From contig JAWLBL010000011.1 in assembly GCA_041687695.1 (NCBI GenBank), positions 101,716 to 165,715 of the forward strand: 64,000 nucleotides of DNA, written 5' to 3'. The stretch comes from Myxococcota bacterium (GTDB lineage Bacteria > Myxococcota_A > UBA9042 > PHBI01 > JAWLBL01). The notes under the pieces were generated by a model. It did not search any database. It worked only from the letters and a program-made list of their open reading frames with translations, and was not told where the DNA came from. Below are positions 56,867 to 64,000 of this stretch, in pieces; within the stretch, counting starts at the first letter, position 1; each line of letters begins with the position of its first letter. The position numbers and the translations under genes are program-made.

Positions 56867-59002
56867 ATGGCAGGGCGGGGTGTCGTCACGGCGGCGTTCG
56901 TAGCCACGGCGGCGTTCGCGGTCAGCGCGGCGCTCGCGCTGGCCTCCGCCGGCTGCGCCGACCCGCCCGGGCCCGCCTCGCCAGACGTCGACCAGCCCGA
57001 CACCGCGCCCGACGCCGCGCCCGACGCCGCGCCCGAGGTCACCAAGGCCCCCGAGCCGCTGCCCGGCGTTCAGGTCCGCATGGACTTCGCGGCCCTCGCC
57101 GACGACTTCTACGCCGCCCCCTTCCCCAGCGAGGCCCGCCGCCGCCCCGACGGCGGGGTGACGCTGGCCGCCTTCCCCAACCCGGGCGAGGTCGCGCTGG
57201 TCGAGCAGCTGCGCACCCTGCTGACCCGCGACGCCGACGGCTTCGGCCTGACCTCGGGCGTCTTCTTCGCCCTCGACGGCGCGGTCGACCAGGCCGGCCT
57301 GCCCGATCTGCAGGCCAGCCTCTCGGCCCAGGCCCCGGTCTTCCTGGTCGACGTCGACCCCGCCTCGCCCCGCCGCGGCCAGCGCGTCCCCGTGCGCGTC
57401 GCCTTCCAGGCCGACGGCGGGCCCTTCGGCGCGCCCCACCTGTTGTCGCTGGTGCCCCTGCAGGGCCTGCCCATGCGGCCCGACACCCTGTACGCCGCCG
57501 TGGTGCTGCGCGCGCTGGGCGACACGACCGGCGCGCCGCTGGGGCGCTCGCTGCCGATGGCGCAGCTGCTGGCCGGCGTGCGCCCCGACGGCCTTTCGGC
57601 CCCGGCCTTCGACGCCTACCGGCAGGCGCTGGACGCGCTGGCCCTGCCCGACGACGCCCTGGCCGGCCTGGCCGTCTTCCGCACCGGCGACCCGGCGGCC
57701 GCGCTCGGCGCCTACGTCCAGCACGCCCTCGAGGCCGGCCCGCCCGCCCCGACGCTGCCGCCCGTGGCGCAAGAGGTCTTCTCAGACTTCTGCGTCTACC
57801 AGACCACCCTGCAGGTCCCGGTCTACCAGGCCGGCGAGTCACCCTATCTAGAGGCCGGCGGAGGCTGGGCGGCGGGCCCCGACGGCGCCCCGCAGGTCCA
57901 GGGCGCCGCCCCCTCGCGCCTGGTGGTGACCGTGCCGCGCCGCCCCATGCCGCCCGACGGCTACCCGGTCGTGGTCTTCGTCCGCACCGGCGGCGGCGGC
58001 GACCGCCCGCTGGTCGACCGCGGCGTCCGCGCCGAGCCGGGCGGCCCGGCCGTCGCGCCGGGGACCGGCCCCGCGCGCTACTTCGCCGACGTCGGCTGGG
58101 CGGGCGTCAGCTGGGACGGCCCCCACGGCGGCCCGCGCAACGTCTCGGGCCAGGACGAGCAGTTCCTGATGTTCAACTTCTTGAACCCCGACGCGCTGCG
58201 CGACAACGTGCGGCAGTCCGCGCTCGAGGCCGCGCTGGTCGCCCATCTGCTGGACGAGCTGACCTTCGACGGCTCGGGGTGCCCGGGCGCCGACGCCGGC
58301 GGGGCCCCGGTCCGCTTCGACGTCACTAGAGTCGCGCTGATGGGCCACTCGATGGGGGCCACCATCGCCCCGCTGGCCGCGGCGGTCGAGCCGCGCTTCC
58401 GGGCGGTCCTGCTCAGCGGCGCCGGCGGCAGCTACCTCGAGAACGTGCTGCACAAGCGAAAGCCGCTGGACGTCAAGCCGCTCGCCGAGCTGCTGCTGGG
58501 CTACGGCGCCGAGGGCCGCAGCCTGACCGAGCACGACCCGGTGCTGTCGCTGCTGCAGTGGGCCGGCGAGCCGGCCGATCCGCCGGTCTACGCCGCGGCC
58601 GTCCAGGCCCACGTGCTGATGCTGCAGGGCATCGTCGACAGCTACATCCTGCCGCCCATCGCCAACGCCACCAGCGTGTCGCTGGGCCTCGATCTGGCCG
58701 GCCCGGCGCTGGACGCCGCCCACCCCGCGCTGGCCCACCTGACGCCGCTGGCCGATCTGTTGCCGCTGTCGGGCGCCCAGGCCATCGCCCTGCCTGCCGC
58801 CGGCAACCGCCCGGGCGGCCGCACGGCCGTCGTGGTGCAGCACCCGGCCGACGCCGTCGAGGACGGCCACGAGGCGGTCTTCCAGACCGAGCCGCCCAAG
58901 CACCAGTACCGCTGCTTCCTGGCCGGCCTCGCCGCCGCGCCGTCGGCGGGTCAGGCGCCGCCGGTGCTGCCGGGCGCCGCCGCGCTGGCCCCCTGCGACT
59001 GA
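56867..59002 (+). CDS. Lipoprotein with C-terminal alpha/beta-hydrolase domain
   Basis: Lipobox SAGC; PFPS motif; RDNVRQSA, GHSMG, DGH. Confidence 0.8.
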   Translation: MAGRGVVTAAFVATAAFAVSAALALASAGCADPPGPASPDVDQPDTAPDAAPDAAPEVTKAPEPLPGVQVRMDFAALADDFYAAPFPSEARRRPDGGVTLAAFPNPGEVALVEQLRTLLTRDADGFGLTSGVFFALDGAVDQAGLPDLQASLSAQAPVFLVDVDPASPRRGQRVPVRVAFQADGGPFGAPHLLSLVPLQGLPMRPDTLYAAVVLRALGDTTGAPLGRSLPMAQLLAGVRPDGLSAPAFDAYRQALDALALPDDALAGLAVFRTGDPAAALGAYVQHALEAGPPAPTLPPVAQEVFSDFCVYQTTLQVPVYQAGESPYLEAGGGWAAGPDGAPQVQGAAPSRLVVTVPRRPMPPDGYPVVVFVRTGGGGDRPLVDRGVRAEPGGPAVAPGTGPARYFADVGWAGVSWDGPHGGPRNVSGQDEQFLMFNFLNPDALRDNVRQSALEAALVAHLLDELTFDGSGCPGADAGGAPVRFDVTRVALMGHSMGATIAPLAAAVEPRFRAVLLSGAGGSYLENVLHKRKPLDVKPLAELLLGYGAEGRSLTEHDPVLSLLQWAGEPADPPVYAAAVQAHVLMLQGIVDSYILPPIANATSVSLGLDLAGPALDAAHPALAHLTPLADLLPLSGAQAIALPAAGNRPGGRTAVVVQHPADAVEDGHEAVFQTEPPKHQYRCFLAGLAAAPSAGQAPPVLPGAAALAPCD

Positions 59003-59820
59003 GCGCGTCGCGCCTCGGCCTGGGCGATGTGGTCGGCCAGCAGGGCGCTGACCTCTTCGGCGCACTGCCCGGTGACGCCGTGGCCGGCGTCGTGGAGCGC
59101 GGCGAGGCGGGCGTTGGGGATGGCGGCGTGCAGGCGCGCGCACTCGCTGGGGCGGATCAGGATGTCGCGCCCCGGCTGCACCACCAGCGTCGGCACGTCG
59201 GCCAGGCTGCGCAGGCGCGGCGAGGTGCGGTGGCGCGCGATGGCGGCCAGCTGCGACAGGCGGCCGCTCAGGCGGGGCGGCGGCCCCAGATCGGCGGCGA
59301 AGCGGCGCATGAACTCGCCCCGGTCGACGTTCGCCAGGTGCTCGGGCGGGTACAAGAGCTCGCTGAGCACCTTCAGGCGGCGCTTGCGGCCGACCAGCTG
59401 GGCCTGCGCGAACAGGGCCAGCCCGCGGTGGTGCGGCAGCAGCGAGCGCAGCCCGCCGGCGTGGGTCGCGATGAGGGTCAGGCTGCGCACCCGCCGCGGC
59501 GCCGCCAGGGCGACGTGCTGGGCGATCATCCCGCCCATGGACACGCCCGCGACGTGCGCCTCGGGCCAGCCCAGGTGGTCCATCAGGGCCAGCGCGTCGG
59601 CGGCCAGCCGCCCCATCGTGTACAGCCCCGGCCGGGCCCGGGTGCGCCCGGCGCCGCGGTTGTCGAAGGTGGCGACCCGGTGGGCGGGCGACAGCGCCTC
59701 GACCTGCGGGCGCCACAGGCTCCCCGGGACCGCCAGCCCCATGATCAGCAGCACCGGCGGGCCGTCCTGGCCGCTGACCTCGTAGTGGACCTCGGCGTCG
59801 TCGATGCGGGCGGTGGGCAC
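58951..59820 (-). CDS. Alpha/beta hydrolase
   Basis: GAAGGAG RBS before GTG 59820; LLIMGL, FDNRGAG, GVSMGG, AGH. Confidence 0.9.
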   Translation of the reverse strand: MPTARIDDAEVHYEVSGQDGPPVLLIMGLAVPGSLWRPQVEALSPAHRVATFDNRGAGRTRARPGLYTMGRLAADALALMDHLGWPEAHVAGVSMGGMIAQHVALAAPRRVRSLTLIATHAGGLRSLLPHHRGLALFAQAQLVGRKRRLKVLSELLYPPEHLANVDRGEFMRRFAADLGPPPRLSGRLSQLAAIARHRTSPRLRSLADVPTLVVQPGRDILIRPSECARLHAAIPNARLAALHDAGHGVTGQCAEEVSALLADHIAQAEARRAQSQGASAAAPGSTGGA

Positions 59821-59920
59821 GGGCGGGCTCCTTCGGCGGTGGCGTCTCGCGGGCCCGCAAGGTAGCAGAGGCGCGCCGACCGCGCCGCATCGCGGGGCGC
59901 GATCGGGCCGGCCGCCTCCG

Positions 59921-60380
59921 CGAGTCGCTCGCGAGCGGGCCCAGGCCGCGTCGAACCGTCCGAGGGTCGCTTCGAAGCCACGTCGAGACGCTTCGAAGCG
60001 TACACGGGTCGCTTCGAAGCGACTCCGAGACGCTTCGAAGCGTCCGCGAGTCGCTCGCGAGCGGCTCTCGTCCGCACCGAAGCGTCCGAGCGGCCACTTC
60101 GAAGCGACCGGGCTGCCCTTCGGTGGGCTCGAGGGCCGCTCGCGAGCCGGAGCGATGCCTTTCGAACCGTCCGAGGGTCGCTTCGAAGCGGCCTCGATAC
60201 GGTTCGAAGCGTCTCGGAGTCGCTCGCGAGCGGGTCCTCGGACGGTTCGACCGGCGCGCGAGCGACTCGCGAGCGGGTCCCTGGACGGTTCAGTGGGCCC
60301 GGGAGCCGCTCGCGAGCCGCCTCGGGGCCCGTCGACGAGGACCGGGGCGCCTCGGCCGGCGGCCGGGGACGGTTCGAGGC
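59921..60380. repeat. 21-bp-period array of palindromic 10-mers (GCTTCGAAGC / GCTCGCGAGC)
   Basis: Cores or variants at 59927, 59948, 59969, 59990, 60011, 60032, 60053, 60074, 60096, 60138, 60159, 60180, 60201, 60222 and onward. Confidence 0.9.
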
Positions 60381-60409
60381 CGTCCCGCGGCGCCAGCCGG
60401 GGCGTCGGG

Positions 60410-60790
60410 TCACTCGCAGGGGCCGAAGTAGGCGACGTCCGCCTGGCTGGCCCAGGCGGCGCAGACGTTGCCGTAGGACTGGCCGTCGCAGCCGCACATG
60501 TGGCCGGTGGGGTGGGTGCACAGGTCGGGCAGGCCGACGCACTGGCCGGGGCCCGCCCCGCAGGCACCCATCGGGCGGACGCAGCGCTGGGCGGGGCCGC
60601 AGGCGTCGTCGGGCCCGCAGGCGCCCAGGCCGCAGGTGTCGGCGCACCAGTCGCCGTCGAGGTCGACGCCCACGCCGTCGCAGGTGGGCGGCGCGCACTC
60701 GCAGGGGCCGACGGCGGCGACGCCGGCGCCCACGCCCACCGCCTCGCACCAGGTCGAGTAGGTCAGGCCGTCGCAGCCGCAGACCGCCAA
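60410..60790 (-). CDS. Kazal-like Cys-repeat ORF, possibly a truncated remnant
   Basis: VCGCDGLTYSTWCEA...GPCE and MCGCDGQSYGNVCAA...GPCE; no signal peptide, weak TTG start. Confidence 0.55.
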   Translation of the reverse strand: MAVCGCDGLTYSTWCEAVGVGAGVAAVGPCECAPPTCDGVGVDLDGDWCADTCGLGACGPDDACGPAQRCVRPMGACGAGPGQCVGLPDLCTHPTGHMCGCDGQSYGNVCAAWASQADVAYFGPCE

Positions 60791-60880
60791 ACGGACGAGG
60801 GCCCGGTCGCCGCGGGAGGGAGGGACGGCGGCCGGGCCCTCGCAGGGGGGCGGGGCGGGGGGAGCGGGGGGAGGGGGAGG

Positions 60881-63235
<2,355 letters not shown>

Positions 63236-63898
63236 GGCGGGTCGTCCCGGGGAAGCCGGTAAGTCGGGGGCGTCGCCGCGCCGGGGGGCCAGGCGGTGAC
63301 GGGCGATGGGGGGTGCGACGGGACCGGAGCGCCGCTCGCGACCGCGGGGCGGGCGAGAGGGAGGCGCGCAGAGGTCAGGGGGCGCTCGGGGGCCTGCGGG
63401 GGGGCCGCGCGGGGGAGGTCGTCCGCGGTGCGCGTCCGCGGGACCAGCATGGAGCGCGCGGCCTCGCGCCAGCAATCTTCGGGTCTCCCTCGGTGCAACA
63501 GGGTGGGGTGCGGATCCATGCCGGGGGGGGGAGCGTGGGCGTGGGGGCGGGGTGCGAGGACGAGGGTGGGGGGCAGGGTGCGAGGACGGGGGTGGGGGCC
63601 AGGTCCCGGTAGCCTCCGCTTCGGCCGGCCTCAAGGGCTTTGTCCCCCTTGGCCCGCCCTGACGGGCGGGCCAATTCCTCGCGGACGACAAAACCCGTGA
63701 TCCCGGCCACCGCGGCGGCGGGGGGGCTGATACCGGCCCGGACGGGGGCCGTCCGGGCCGCTGCGCGTCCCGCACGCTCGAAGAGGTCGCGGGGTGCGGG
63801 GGGCAGGGGCGGTGCGGGGGTTCGGGCGCGCTGGTCGGGGCGCTGCCGCCCAGGGCAGAGGGCGGTGCAGGAACGACAATTAAACAGGCGCGCAATTA

Positions 63899-63958
63899 GT
63901 CGTCCCGGGACGGCGGGGACCCAGGTCGTCGTCCCGGGACGGCGGGGACCCAGGTCGT
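63899..63958. repeat. 30-bp-period direct repeat (gtcccgggacggcggggacccaggtcgt) x2
   Basis: Directly visible at the window end. Confidence 0.8.
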
Positions 63959-64000
63959 GGGGGGGGGCGGGCGGCGGCGCCCGGGGGGCGGCCGGGGGGG

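Noticed and set aside
59921..60380. CRISPR array
   Set aside because: Repeat cores are 10 bp and degenerate, spacers are about 11 bp, and there are no cas genes in the window.
63236..64000. ORFs or ncRNA upstream of lon
   Set aside because: Low-complexity G-rich sequence with no coherent coding signal. The terminal poly-G may be an assembly-end artefact.

Overview
Very GC-rich bacterial chromosome segment. Gene content points to Myxococcota (inference): three Hanks-type Ser/Thr kinases, a PilZ-like protein, a MYXO-CTERM-like Cys-rich surface protein and TPR proteins. About 44 credible CDSs. Housekeeping and metabolic genes include gshA, mdh, ppc, lon, maiA plus an FAH-family gene, bfd-bfr with a Fur-like box, treZ-GH57-treY, a GH57 branching enzyme, and POT and OPT peptide transporters. 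No rRNA, tRNA, CRISPR array, transposase, integrase or reverse transcriptase was recognised. Main observations: (1) Between divergent treZ and ppc sits a cassette made of a GGCCGT tandem array, a ~115-bp hairpin module, a ~165-nt T-shaped fold-back with two C-GCA-G triloops (a stable ssDNA-hairpin motif), and a four-helix-bundle (Avd/23S-IVP-like) gene. An orphan inverted copy of the module lies 10 kb away, so this may be an undescribed mobile or ssDNA-based element. (2) A probable operon encodes a Ser/Thr kinase, a lipoprotein, a monoheme cytochrome c lipoprotein and a porin-like protein with its own CxxCH. (3) A four-domain VKOR-DsbA-FGE-TlpA redox fusion. (4) A GNAT-HDAC fusion. (5) Two intergenic 21-bp-period arrays. 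(6) A lipoprotein with a compositionally foreign C-terminus. All family calls come from motif recognition by eye, with no database searches. Start codons were re-chosen by hand where the ORF track over-extends.
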